Assembly (NCBI GenBank): GCA_964016885.1 | Contig: OZ024740.1 | Location: forward strand, 369,210,001-369,274,000 | Length of the DNA stretch: 64,000 nucleotides | Reading direction: 5' to 3' | Source of the DNA: Eledone cirrhosa | Taxonomy: Eukaryota | Position numbers and translations under genes: made by a program | Part shown: piece by piece, positions 1 through 14,158 of the stretch | Layout: the number at the start of each line of letters is the position of its first letter | Numbering within the stretch: the first letter of the stretch is position 1 | The notes under the pieces: generated by a model | What the model was told of the DNA's origin: nothing | Database searches by the model: none | Seen by the model: the letters and a program-made list of their open reading frames with translations, nothing else

Positions 1-1456
1 CTCTTATATATTCCATGTGCCATTACCAACCTCAATTTTCTCTATAACCTTCGTTTTGTGTAGAAAATTACACTTTTCATATATATATATATATATTCCG
101 GTCACATTATTGACAAATGCATTAAACTTTTCTGTAGGTTAACACTCAGATACAGCACATTTGAAAGCAATTATCATAACAGTATCTTTCAAGATCTAGA
201 CATTTTATATCAGGCATCCACGGTTTATATCTATATTTCCATGATTTTTTACGACCAAGACTAAACACAGAATTACTTGTGTGACCGATGTTTCTGAGTA
301 GGTTTCGAAATCTTCATGCATGCACACATTGCTTCAGAAACGCTAATGCTCAAAACTGGTCTTAATGAGCTACCACGGAAGAATATAACTCCCTAATAAA
401 TATGTTCAAACGTGGACACATACTTTTAATACAGCCTGTTTAAAGGAAAAGCTGTCCCAAGTTGTATATATTTATATAGATTAAATAGGTCCTGCCCAAC
501 GAAAGTTACTATAAACAGTGTCGCCACTATAAATAAAAAGCTACTTGTTAACTCGGTCGTGCGGCATCCGATATGTGCAAGGTTCGATTACCAGGCTGCC
601 ATGTCTTTCCATATTTTACGCCGCAAGAGATACTTTAACTGAATTTCACAACTATTATTCATAGTGGTCGACTATTATGGTAATAATATTATTGTGGTCG
701 ACATTTATGGTAAATGCTCTCTCAGTTTAAATTCCGCCGAGGTCAACTTTACCATCCATTTATTTTAGGTCGATTCATTAAGTACCTGGCGAGTAGAGAG
801 CTTGATTCTTCATACATATCTCTCATTCTCTTCCTTCCTCTTACTCTCAATCCTTCTCTGAAATAAATCTGCTGTACTCAGGCCTGGAAATGGAGGATCT
901 CCACCAGATTTTTAAAATATACCATAAGAATCTCGTCCACGACACTCTCGGGAGTTACTTGTTGATAAAATGCCCTATTTATATACTAATTAACAACTAC
1001 CTTCCACACATACTTTTCCTCACTCTTTTCTCTTCCCTTCAAACTTATTCTCTACCTGGTGTGACAATAATTCTTTCGTCTGATAATTCTCTGACGAATA
1101 GACGTGAAGCACTGTCTGTGTGCCTACACTTTCGTTTTCTCCGATATATATTTAACCTGCTTGTGTTGACAAATGATTAATGATTGTATAACCGTAAAGT
1201 GTTTTATTGTAAAATGTATCTATTTTTGTTTGTGATATACCTATTTCCCGACGACTCAGTTGTTCACTTCCTTCGGGAAGAAAGACAGTGCTGCCCGGTT
1301 AATGAGATATATTATTACCCGATGGGGACATCTCATGAGCACAGAATTTCTGTCTTCATCATTTTCTCTTCGGTTAATTTCTTGTTGTCCTAATATATTT
1401 GTCTATTTGTTAATAAAACACACATACACACACACACAAACACACACACACACACG

Positions 1457-1498
<42 letters not shown>

Positions 1499-1530
1499 CA
1501 CGCACACACACACACACACACACATACACG

Positions 1531-1604
<74 letters not shown>

Positions 1605-1860
1605 TATATATATATATGTGTGTGTGTGTGCGCGAGAGGGGGGGGCACGTGTGTGTGTTAGTTAAGTGCTTAACAACAGTTACAGGCGTCAGAAGCACTC
1701 GATGCTGTTTCGAGTTTCATTTCATGTGGCTTGTATTCCAATGTTACGGTTGTAGCGTGCAGAGCATAAGTAGATTTAAAAGAATCGAGTAAGTGCTGCA
1801 GCATATGTACAAACTTTAATTTGTTAGTATACGTGCTACAACACTGGATTCGACCCTCAT

Positions 1861-1911
<51 letters not shown>

Positions 1912-1966
1912 AATATATATAAAGTTAGCTCCACAACATGTAGCAAACCATCCTCGAGGATGCGTA

Positions 1967-2039
<73 letters not shown>

Positions 2040-2389
2040 GATAACAGGAGGCTGGACTGGTGTCAGTTCAGCCTCCTGTTATCTTATAATAATTAACTCC
2101 GTACTCGCACCACCAACAACACAAACGAAGACGGGTGAGGTGCATTACGTCGAGTGCTCTCCATAATATTACATCGAGGTTGACCATACGGAATGACCAG
2201 TTCTATCCAGTGGTGAACCAACAAACCTAAATAAATATATATATATACATTTCGAGTATATGTTGGTTGTTTACCGACACCCTAGTATTCAGATTGGAGC
2301 ACACGACAAAGCACGGGGGTTGGTTTGGTTACTGCGGAGTAATGTAAAATAAAATAATTAAGACAAATATTTTAATATATATATATATA

Positions 2390-2445
<56 letters not shown>

Positions 2446-2834
2446 TAACAGCGCTTGATCTTTGTATTCCAGCCACTTCAACCCGATCAGTCTTTAAGTA
2501 TGTGAGAGCGTTTGTATTTGTAAATGTATATCTATGTGTCTGTGTGTTTGTCTGTGAGTTAGAATTTTATTATTCATTGACCCCTTCGCACAATCTTTAG
2601 ACTGTTCGGCTATGTTTTGTGGAAGATATTGTTGCTATTTCTAGCAGATCCACTAAGCGTTGAGGCACCACGTCACTAGTTTCTGAATGTCTTACAGCTG
2701 AGTGAACTCTTTATTGTTTAATCCGAGATCAAATCTGACATGGGAGTCATATAATCAAAGCCATTCTAGACATGACCATGTGTGAGAACCTATAGTTACA
2801 CTCAGCTCGCGTGCCTAATTGTTTATATATATAT

Positions 2835-2868
<34 letters not shown>

Positions 2869-2872
<4 letters not shown>

Positions 2873-3060
2873 CAAAGGAATTGTGGTAAGCAACCAGATG
2901 GACCATAACGCACCAGAGTACTCAATACTTAGGGTTGTAGAGTAGGTAATAGGAAAAAGTATGACCCGACGGCAGAGCTCAAGCCGCTTCGACGGCTATT
3001 TCTGAGTCCAGAAATAGCCGTCGAAACGGCTTGAGCCCTGCCGTCGGGGTCATACTTTTT

Positions 3061-3064
<4 letters not shown>
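2869..3064. mobile_element. Miniature foldback insertion of a family-A-like pLTR in (TA)n
   Basis: Hairpin 2950-3064 built from the 3' half of the HHR (gccgtcgaaacggcttgagc...gtcggggtc). Confidence 0.8.
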
Positions 3065-3111
<47 letters not shown>

Positions 3112-3289
3112 TACCAGCAGAGAAAATATCAAGGTAGGAATATCCTGATTAGTTTTTGATGGAAGTGTTGTTGATATTGTTGATAATGTTACAGTTGCTG
3201 CTGCTGTTCCTTCCTTTACTTTCTTTTATTTATTTTGTGATATTTTGCTTCTTTACGGCTCTCTCGTTTCTGTGCAGTTCTTTCTTTAC

Positions 3290-3830
3290 TGTTGTTGTTG
3301 TTATTGTTATTGTTATTTATTGATTTGAATCTCGGCGATGGCATTGATGCGATGATGGTGACGATGAGGATGATGGTGATGATGTTGATGGTAATAATAT
3401 TGATGCTGAGAATGGTGTTAGTGGCGATGACGATTATGATGTTGATTGGGAGTAGGAGATAGTGGAGGGATTATTAAGAGAAGGAGAAGGAGGATGAGGC
3501 GGGGAAAGAAAGGAATGATGTTGATAAACATGATAATAATGATGACAGTGATGTTCATGATGGTAGTGATGATGATGGTAGTAAAGTTGGTGACGATGAT
3601 GGTGATGATGATGATGATTATAAATCTGATGATGATGATGGTGATGGTGACGGCTATAACTAAGATTGACGATGATGATAATGATGAACAAGATAAAATC
3701 GTAGCAGTTTATGATTTGATTTTCTGGATTTTGTTGTTGCCATAGTTATGGTTATTGGTGTTGTTTCTACTGCTGCTATTCTTGCTGCCGTGGTTGCTGT
3801 TGTGCTGCTTGTGATGATGATTTCTTTGCT
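3290..3830. repeat. Degenerate (GAT/GTT/GCT)n low-complexity tract
   Basis: Direct reading; it generates the spurious poly-His and poly-Met ORFs. Confidence 0.85.
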
Positions 3831-4054
3831 ACTGCAATATTATTGCCACTGTTTTTGTCATGTATTGCTTGTTATTCTTCTTGTTCTTACTCTCTGCCTG
3901 AGGCTGCTATCTGAAGCAGATCCGATCGACCGATTTTCATCGTCCGACCGACCAACCCTAACAAACTTCAACACACACACGTCCTCATTACCACATATAC
4001 AGGTGTTACAAACAGATACACTTATACACACACACTCACAGACACACACACACG

Positions 4055-4200
<146 letters not shown>

Positions 4201-4768
4201 CATATATATAAATATATATATATTTACAAATATACATCACATAGAGAGGGTACTAAATGGTATTTCAAACAAAAATTGCATCTGCAGTATTACTGCTATT
4301 CCACTCTATCGCGAGATGATCAGGAATTCCCTAACTTTAGGAGATAGTAAAACACTACTAGATCAGCAGAAGTCCCTCCCATAAACATACTAATAATTAT
4401 CATTTTGTTATTAATGGTGGATTGGCAGTATTGGTAGAGGGTCGGATGCCATTCTTTGACACATAGTTACGCCCTTGCCATTCTGAGTTCAAATCCCGCC
4501 GAGGTTATTGTGCCAAAAGTAAAAACAATTATTTTATTATTAATAATTCTTACGGGGTCGATAAAATAAAATACCAGTAATGCACTGGAAATTGCTGGCC
4601 TTGTTCCAAAAGTAGAAACAATTGTTTTATTATTAATATAAAAGTAAAAAATATACACGCATATATATATGTATATATATACGTACGTTATTCCGGGTTG
4701 AATCGGAGGTAACCACAGTAAGTAAGGTACTCAATACATAGCAGAGTATAAAAAGTTTAATATATATG

Positions 4769-4819
4769 AGATTCTACAGGACTAGAACTGTTTCATTATT
4801 TAGAAATCATCAGGAATCT
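4769..4819 (-). ncRNA. Type-I hammerhead motif with weak helix II
   Basis: Minus strand reads agattc / CUGAUGA / tttctaaataat / GAAA / cag-ttctagtc-ctg / UA / gaatct, within a (TA)n-flanked insert at ~4685-4822. Confidence 0.6.
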
Positions 4820-4839
4820 GATGTATATATACATATATA

Positions 4840-4884
<45 letters not shown>

Positions 4885-5519
4885 GTGATGATCCCAGGAA
4901 GGATACATATATGTGTGAACCGGCCAGATTTGTACCCATCTGGACGTAAACAATACCAATAACAACAATAGCTAATAAACGAACAAATTATTGTCGCATC
5001 ATTATTGTTAACTAATCAGTTCAAATAGCATTTCCCCAGAACATATAATGTCATCTTTAGTTGATAAAAATCAAATAGGAAAATGTGATCCTACATTCTT
5101 TTGAAAGGGCCGGAATATCGTAGCTGGGATGCTTTCGATCACAAAAAGTCTGCTCAATCAGAGTTCACTTAAAGATAAACAGTAATATCAGCAACAGAGA
5201 CAACAACAACGCTAGCAGCAGCATTAACAATCCATTACTATCACATCTTATATTTTTATCTTTATTTCCTTAGCTGTTGCTGTTTATTTTGCTGTTGATG
5301 CTGTGTTGATGTTACTGATGATGGTGTAGTATGTTAATGTTATTGATGTTGACGTGGTGTTTGTGATACTAGTGTTTATGTAGTTGATGATGCTGGTTTA
5401 TATGATATTCCTGCTGTTGAGACTGCTGATTGCTGCCCTTGTTGCTTGTCAATCTGCTGCTGTCGCTGCTCTGACTTCATTCATAGCGTATTACAGGTTT
5501 TCATATTATTGATGATGCT

Positions 5520-5580
<61 letters not shown>

Positions 5581-5630
5581 CAACACCGGCAGTAGAAGTG
5601 GTAGTAGTAGTAGTAGTAGTTGTAGTTGTA
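5520..5630. repeat. (TAG)n microsatellite
   Basis: Direct reading. Confidence 0.95.
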
Positions 5631-8600
5631 GTAGCAGCAGCAGCAGGTGTAGTAGCAGCAACAGCGACAGGAGTAGTAGTTGTAAATGTTGTTTTTGTTG
5701 TTGTTTTAGTTGCTGTTGTTGTTTTGCTGCTGGTATTGTTGCAAAAGCTACTGCTGCTGCAGCTGATGTTGTTGCTTTTTTAGTTAGTTGATGTTTATGG
5801 TGTTTTTATTGGTAAACTTCTATAGCAGAAGTGTGTTGGTTAGTCTTGGTGTTCTAGTTGACGTAGCCGTTGTGGAGTCGGTGTCATTGTATGTTGTTGT
5901 TATTGCGTTTGTAACAATTCTAACTTAAATCCCAAACACTGATTATGTTTCTACTACCACAATTTTGTTTTCATAATTGGCTCATTATTATTATTATTAT
6001 TATTATTATCATCATCATCATCATCATCATTAGGGCGGTGGATTGGATGAATCAGTAGAGCGTCGGACTAAATGTTTCGAGGCATAGAATTATGGCTCTT
6101 TGCGTTCTGAGTTCAAATCTCGCCGAAGTTAGCTTTGCCTTTCATTTTTACGGGGTCGATAAAATAAAGTACCATATCGTACTGGGATCAATATAATCGA
6201 CTTTCCTCTCCTCACAAAAATCCTGATTTAGCCTTGTGGCTAAATTAGAAATTATTATTTGGATAGGCAGTATCGGTAGAGGGTCGGACGCCATGCTTTC
6301 CAGCATAATTTCGTCCCTTTACGATCTGAGTTCAAATCCCTCCGAGGTTGACATTGCCTTTCATCCTTACGAGGTCTATAAAATAAAGTACCAGTAATGC
6401 ACAGGGTATTTGCTGGCCTTGTGCCAAAAGTAGAAACAATTATTATGATCATCATTTTCATTGTGAATTGTTTTTGTGACGTATTTTCCTCGATTTTATT
6501 GTAAACCCCCGCTGTCCCTGTCTGTGTATTGTCCCTTATATATCGGACCTTGTGGCCAATACATGAAATCATTATTATCATTGTTTGATAATAAGGCGGG
6601 ATTGGGAGTATCGGTAGAGGGTCGGACGCCATGCTTTGACTCATAGTTACGGCCCTTGCCATTCTGAGTTCAAATCCCGCCGAGGTTAACTTTGCCTTTC
6701 ATCCTTACGGGGTGATATAGAATAAAGTACCAGCAATGCACTGTGTATTTGCTGGCCTTGTGCCAAATGGAGAAACAATTATTATCATTGTTTTATCGTC
6801 GACGTTGTTATTTTTTATCACCACCATCACCATCATCAATACAACCAGCATTATCCTCATCATCGCCAATGTTAATATATTTTCATAGTAAAATCATGAA
6901 AGCATCGGACAAAATGTTTTGCAGAGTGTGTTCCGGCTCTTTTCGTGTTTAAGTTGACGTGTTTAAGTTTTTTTCTTCCTCTTATTAGGGTCATAGGGTC
7001 AACAATACCAGTCAGGAATTGGTGCAGATTATTTGCAACATCCCTTTCTACCAAATATATAACTTTGTGCTTAATCTAATGACGGTTATTATTTTCACCG
7101 TATGGTGGTGAACATAACAATCTATGCAAGATTTGTGAGTTTAAAGGTAACTTTCAATATTTATTTATTATTATTATTTTTGTTCACCTTCTCTCATATA
7201 ATGAGTAAGCCATATTAAATTTAGACCTAATTTACAATACCAACTCCAGAAAGTCTATGAATATATCCTATATTTGAAAATGGTTATTGCTACAGCACCT
7301 AGAAACATATTACTTTTAATGGAAAGTATTATTTATGGATATCACTAATTTTACAAAGATTAACACTTATTCTTTTATTATTTATATCTCCTTGAGGGCG
7401 GTGGATTGGCAGTATCGATAGAAGTCGGACGCCAGCCTTTGACGCATCCTTGCCATTCTGAGTTCAAATTTCGCGGAGGTAAACTTTGTCTTTCATCCCA
7501 CGGGGTCGATAAAATAAAGTACTAGTAATGTACTGATAAATGTGTGGCCTTGTGCCAAAATAGAAACAATTATTTATATTACTGTAACTGCCATTGCTGA
7601 TACATTACTTATCATATTTTGGCATTTAATTGTAGCTTCGGCTGCTATTTTTATATACACTATTGTTATTTTTTTTCTAGCGAATATATTTGTTTATATA
7701 AACATTAGTCAGGGATGGGAGAGCAGGACGGAAACACTTTTCATCGCTACCAAAACATGTGGGAGCAAGTAATTAAGATATCCTCAACCTACAAACTTGA
7801 CTTACAACAGAAATAATTTCGCTGAAGTCACACTCTACTGCTATGTTGATAATCGCTTAACGATCTGGAACAAACACACAATTCCATTCGTCCATCGACC
7901 TTCATTATTACATTATTTTATCGATACCGAATGACAAGGTTCACCTTAGTGGCGTTTGAACTCAGAGCACACATATATACCGCCAGACATTTGGTCTTAC
8001 CAACAGCATGCTGCCAATCGACTGACTGTTACAGTTATCGTATTTCGTGTTGCTTATATTGAAGATGTTGTTCTTTTTTAGGACCAGTAAGGTTCTAATC
8101 TAAGAGACTTGACATCCATCAAAGTCATTCCGGCCAAGAACATGCCGTTGAACTTGTGTGGAAAACAGAGATCGAATCATTAGTTAATGTATTTCCTATA
8201 TTGATGGTGGGTTCGTTATTTAAGACAGGCATGGCTGTTATTTTCTAGAAGGTAGAGCAATAACTTGTTGTTGATGATTATGGTGATGCTGTTGCTGTTG
8301 ATATTGTTAGGAAGGTGGATGGGTAAAAATGTTAGAGCGTTGAACAAAATGACAGATGATATTTATTCCGATTCCCTAAGTTCTCAATGCAAAATCCACT
8401 CAATAGGCATTCAAATATTAGGAATCATTGAATTGAATGACATTTCCTCTCTATACTTAAGCTTGAGTTTATGTTAGATATGGCCTTTGTCATTGTTATA
8501 GCGGTTATAATTGGTTTTAATGCTGTGTAGGGGGATTAGCAGTAACGGTCGTAACGTACATAATGGTTTATACATTAGGACGACAACCAGGGGTAAATAA

Positions 8601-8955
8601 ATTAAATTACCACTAAAGTATTGGGGTCGATATTACTGATTCACTCCTTTTACAAAATTGCCAAACATCAAACAATTTTATAAAAAAGTATTATACTATA
8701 CTTAGTTGAAATCTAACCGAGATCAACATTACCTATCATGCTTTTGAGACTGATAAAATAAAATAGTAGTAAAGTACTGGGATGTGTATAATCGATATAC
8801 ACCTCGTCAAAAATTGCTGGCCTTGTATCTAACTTCATTATAAATATTTATATTTTGCTATTGATCTATGTCCTTGTATTTACGTTGTTGCAGGTGCTAT
8901 TATACTATTGGTATGTTTATGTTGCTGCATTGCTACAGTTGTTCTAACTCCTATA

Positions 8956-9039
<84 letters not shown>

Positions 9040-9186
9040 CGTGAAGCTAATAAACCTTTATTTGTCTGCCTCTCTGTTTTGTTCACGTATAAGTTTGCAC
9101 TATATATATATATATATATAGTGCAAATTTATACGGGAACAAAACAGAGAGGCAGACAAATATATATATATATATATACACACAGT

Positions 9187-9254
<68 letters not shown>

Positions 9255-9256
<2 letters not shown>

Positions 9257-9772
9257 TATACAAGAATCGGACTTAGAGTATTCCGCATGTCACAGTAATA
9301 ATAATATTAGCTCAAAGAAGGACAGAGAATTTTCAACTGAGCTCAAATACAAATATATTACACAGAGAGAGATGTGTTATACAGTGAGATGTGTGTAAAT
9401 AATTATTACATGTGGGTTTAACCGTTACTGTATGGAAAACAACACCTACAGGTTAGCAATTATGTTGAATAAACCCTAAGTCACAATCAAATCTCCGAAG
9501 TAGAGTTTTAAATTACTAACCTTATAACTATAAGCTTGCTGATACGAACCTATTTCGTTTCGCCACTGAAATGTGTAGCGTACAAAACCACAGTCATCAA
9601 GCGTGGAATTGCTCGCCACACATCTAGCCTAATTCTTTACACACATTTCACTGTGTAACACTTCTCTCTGTGTGATATATTTGTATTTGAGCTCAGTTGA
9701 AAATTGTCTGTTCTTCTTTGAGCTAATATTATTATTACTGTGACATGCGGAATACTCTAAGTCCGATTCTTG

Positions 9773-9847
<75 letters not shown>

Positions 9848-10372
9848 AGTGTGTGTATATATATATATATATATATACCTCTCTGTTTTGTTCCCGTATA
9901 AATTTGCCCTATATATATACTCTAATTCCGATTCTTGTATTATTAACGAGCTCCAAATTGTTGAGCTAATAAATTCGAATGGTTGGGCTGAACTCTCTAG
10001 CATTCATGAGAGCCGTTATTTGATACAAATAACACGTGTTGACGCCCTGCTCTGGGCAGCGTGTATATTTGCGTCCTCTCTTTCCATTAGGCTAGATTTG
10101 TGGCGGGCAATTCCACGCTTGATGACTGAGGAGCCTGTGGTTTTATACGCTACACATTTCAGTGGCGAAACGAAATAGATTCGTATCAGCAAGCTTATAA
10201 TTATAAGGTTAGTAATTTAAAACACTACTTCGGAGATTTGATTCTGACTTAGGGTTCTTTCTATCTAATTGCTAACCTGTAGGTGTTGTTTTCCATACAG
10301 TAACGGTTAAACCCACATGTAATAATTATTTACACACATCTCACTGTGTAACATACTTCTCTCTGTGTAATA
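9255..10372. mobile_element. HHR-bearing PLE-type/retrozyme fragments in inverted arrangement between (TA)n tracts
   Basis: 9636-9778 is the reverse complement of 9255-9400, and ~10085-10372 is the reverse complement of ~9355-9632. Confidence 0.7.
10117..10194 (+). ncRNA. Type-I hammerhead ribozyme with canonical core
   Basis: gcttgatga / CUGAGGA / gcc...ggc / GAAA / cgaa-ataga-ttcg / UA / tcagcaagc. Confidence 0.75.
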
Positions 10373-10376
10373 TATT

Positions 10377-10464
<88 letters not shown>

Positions 10465-10687
10465 AAGATATATTTCTTTATTTACCATAAAGGCATAAAA
10501 AGAAGGGACAAATACAAAGTGGGAGTTTACATATAATCGAGTAAAAAGGGTGTAACATGAAAATAATCGAAAATAACCTCAAAAGGGTGGGGACGTGATG
10601 GGGGTTGCACACACCCCCGAAAAAGTGTGCAATCCTTTGCCCGGGGAGCACATGGAGAAGGTGCTCCCCTCTCCTTTACTTCTTTAC

Positions 10688-13600
10688 CTACAGGATGGTA
10701 TACAGAGAAGGCCCATTTACACGAGCCATTCTCGCCACTATCACCCACCTTTCATAAAACTGCCTGTGGCCAAGCACCTCTCTCTCCATTCTTATCCTTC
10801 TTCCGAAGTGATATCGGAAGAAGTAGACCAGACTATGGCCAGAGAGGAAGTTGTCTGACCTCAGACCTTTCAATCGTGTCCACCAAACAACCTCTTTCAA
10901 CATGGCTATTACGCACAGAAAAACTGCCTTTGCTTCCTTTGTGAAGAGGGGAGGCGGTTTGATTGTCATCACGGACTCGGCGGTCAATTTAATCGGCGCC
11001 ACCCGCGACAGCAGTCGTTCGGCGTAGCCCCACAGATCAGCCACGCTCGGACATTGCACCAATGCGTGCGCAACGGTTTCTTCGTGACGCACGCATCTAG
11101 GGCAAATCTTTTTTGAGGGATCCCTGCCCGGGCGCCCGTGTCTGTAGAGCCTCTCTTGAACGGGTAGAGCCCCCCGGTAGCACTGCCAGGCCAGTGACTT
11201 CTGGAAGTTGTCCATTGGTCCTGGGCCGAAAGTCCTACCGAACAGGCTGGTCAGTTCGTCCTCTTCCATGTCTAGCGACTCTCCAAGGGTGTCATCGCCC
11301 CTGCTAGCCACCAGCCCTCTATAGAATGATGAGGTGGATTCTCCACCGATGGCCTGGCCCGCTTGCCAGAGCGCCCTGAGCGCTTGAGCACACTCAGTGT
11401 GCCAGTCTCCCAGTTTTCCGGATCTTTGCTTGACCCAGGACTGTAGCTCGGTGAGCGAGACGAGTCTTGGAAAGGCTCGTTTCACGAACGGAGCCCACAC
11501 CGGTTGACCAGTGGGGAATACCTGTAGGTGCCTTAGCCTTAATGCGTGCCTACGCATCATCAACCACGGCATCCCCAGCCCTCCTTTCGAAGGTTGTTGG
11601 CAGCAGATGGATCTTCTCACCATAGGAGGGCGCTTCTTCCAAAGAAATTGGAAGAGCATGCGTTCCATGGTGGTGAGTGTTTCCTTAGGGCAAGGCACGA
11701 CAGTCAGGCGGTAGTAAGTGACGGACGCTATGTAAATGTTCGCCACCTCCGCCCGGCCTTTTAGGGACAGCTTACACTTGGCCCATTTCTGGGTTAGTGC
11801 AAACACCTTGTTCGTAACCTCGTTCCAGTTCTTTTCCACCTGGAGGTCCGGTCCAAACCAGACCCCAAGCAACTTTACCGGGCCCTCCGTCCAGTGTCCG
11901 ACGACACCGTCAGGAGGCATCGGTCTGCCTCTCCACGTTCCGAGTTGCAGCCCGATGGATTTTTCCCAGTTCAGTTTCGCTCCTCACAACCTTTCGTAAT
12001 CCTCCAGTAAGGTACCGATCGCCTCGATCTCCGAGTCGGTCGATACCATTACTGTTACGTCATCGGCGTAGGCCGACACCGCTTTGCTCAATCCTGGTTC
12101 CAGGGGTATACCATGCAACAACTCCAACTTCCTCAGTAAAGGCTCGAGAGTCAATACGTACAGAAGGGAGGAGAGAGGGCACCCCTGTCGAATGGATCGT
12201 GTGATTTCGAACGGCTTCGAAAGGTAGCCGTTCACCTTGATCCTAGAACAGATGTGGTTGCTATGTAAGGCAGTGATCCAGCCTCTGAAAACAGGACCGA
12301 ACCCAGCCGCCGCTAGCACCGCATCCAGGTAACCATGGTCGACCCTATCGAAGGCCTTAGACTGATCCAAGTTGATCAGGGCCCCACCGAAGCCGGGTTT
12401 GTTGCCAACCCTCTCTATGATGTATCGCATGAGGTGGAGGTTATCGTGAATGGACCTGGATGGGATAGCACATCTCTGCGCATCTCCCACCAGGCCACCC
12501 ACGATAAGCGCCAACCTCTCTGCTAACACCTTGGCCAAAATCATTAACTCTGTGTTTAGCAGGGTTATGGGCCGAAAATTATTTATACTATTTCCCTTGT
12601 TCTCGTCCTTCCTCACCAGCGTGACTACGCCCTTGGCTACAGAACAAGGAATTCTCCCGTTCTGCTGCCAATTGCAGTAGACCGCTTCGAGGAGTTCGGA
12701 GAAGAAGACCGGCATTGCTAAATAAAGTTCGTAAGGTATACCATCGAGACCTGCAGATTTGCGTCTGCTGCATTGGCTCAGCGCATCTCCGATCTCATCA
12801 GCCGAGATTGGTCCCTCGCAGGACTCTGCCTCTTCGCTCGAGAGACGCGGCAGGCCGTCGAGTTAGGGACCGAAATCCACGACCCCGCCCGGACCCTCGC
12901 CTCCCCCGAATAATCAGGCAAAGTGCCTTTGAAAGGCCTCGCACATCTGCTTAGGCTCCCTGATCACCCGTCCATCTTCGTCTTGCAACGACCGGATGGT
13001 GGATCGATTTCCACTCTTAGCTTCTGTCAGGCGGGCCCAGCCAACGGCTTTGGCCCCCTCATTACCTAGAGCACGTATTTTACTTCGAATGACGCAGCCT
13101 TCGTGCTTTGCATCGAAAAACTGGTTCAATGCCGTCCTCGATGCCAGCACTCTGGCCACATCTTCGCTCTTGATTGCCTCTTCTAATTTACCTGTTAATT
13201 CTTTCTCGTTTCTATTCCTATCGGCAGCTAACATCTTGCTATAACTTATTGATTCTGTTATAATCTCTCTTTTGAGAGATGCCCACCATCGGTTGTTGAC
13301 GATTTCACCCGTCAACCTCTCCTTAACTAATCTGCTAATCCGGTTTCTGTAAGTCTCTTTTGCCGGTAAAGACAAATTAAGTTTCCAGTAACCGGGACCC
13401 TGTTTATGTGTTTTCTCGAGATTGACTACGCAGGTCACTAATTTGTGATCCGTGTAGCCAACCGTGCGCATTTCTGGACAGCTTAATATGTCCCTATCCT
13501 TACTTCTAACTAAGAATCTATCTAAGTACGATCTAGATTGACCACTGTGGTTTCTCCAAGTCCAGGTAGGCACAGTTGGAAAATCTAGTCGATATCTATC

Positions 13601-14125
13601 GACCAAATTAAAACGGTCGAGTAACCCTTTGAGGCTGTTACACCCCCCTCTATTAGGACATGCTCCTGCATAGTCCCAACGTGCATCGGGGATGTCATTC
13701 CAATCCCCCGCTAGAAGCAGGGAACGCGACGTTCCCAGAAAAGTCTCCAAATACTGGAAGAAGTCGGGCCGTTCAGCTCCGAAAGGGGAGTAGACGGCGA
13801 CCAGTCTCAAGGCCGCACTTTCACTACTGCCAACGTCTAGCACCAACAAACGACCCTCCGGGTCCGAGTGCACAACCTGTACGGCAAGACCCTGGTGTTT
13901 TTGCAGCAGTACGACAACCCCACCCCCACCTCCAGGTTGACAGAGAGATGCATGCACCTAAAAGTCATCGAAGGTGGGGGCCAGCTGCCGCACGACGCTG
14001 ATTCGAGTCTCACAGATAACCATTACATTTATACTACATGACCTGAGGTCATTTAGAAGCTTTGCTTGCTTCCAAGTTGTGCCCAGGCCACGTGCATTCA
14101 AACATCCTACTCTTAACACATCCAT
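10688..14125 (-). pseudogene. LINE ORF2: APE endonuclease, reverse transcriptase, C-terminal Cys domain; disrupted
   Basis: ATG at 14125 gives MDVLRVGCLNARGL...ICETR. APE motifs AGDWN, SYLDRF and TDH; RT motifs LDQSKAFDRVDH, RQGCPLS and AYADD; C-terminal CPRC...HALVQC. In-frame TAG at ~13958 and further breaks near 12914, 12750 and 11984. Confidence 0.92.
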
Positions 14126-14158
14126 GTGGGCGGCAGAGCCAAAGGAGAGTGTAGAGAC

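Larger units (their letters stand above)
4415..8840 (+). mobile_element. Cluster of tRNA-derived SINEs (~4415-4627, 6032-6255, 6259-6445, 6593-6785, 7395-7575, 8700-8840 plus relics; 7907-8020 on minus)
   Basis: A-box-like tggcagtatcggtagag, B-box gagttcaaatcc, core tttgcctttcatccttacggggtcgataaaataaagtaccag (Meta/MESC-like), tail gctggccttgtgccaaaagtagaaacaattatt. Confidence 0.85.

Noticed and set aside
277-330. Minus-strand ATGAAGA...GAAACATCGGTC motif
   Set aside because: Core and helix II are too degenerate to call.
1260-1698. Numerous YI-, CV-, HT- and SL-repeat ORFs here and throughout the window
   Set aside because: They are translations of (TA)n, (TG)n, (CA)n and (TC)n microsatellites.
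3434-3745. Poly-His and Met/Val-rich ORFs
   Set aside because: Product of degenerate (GAT)n repeats; no domain evidence.
6032-6130. tRNA gene-like A/B boxes
   Set aside because: These are SINE heads; no cloverleaf, and each is followed by the SINE core.
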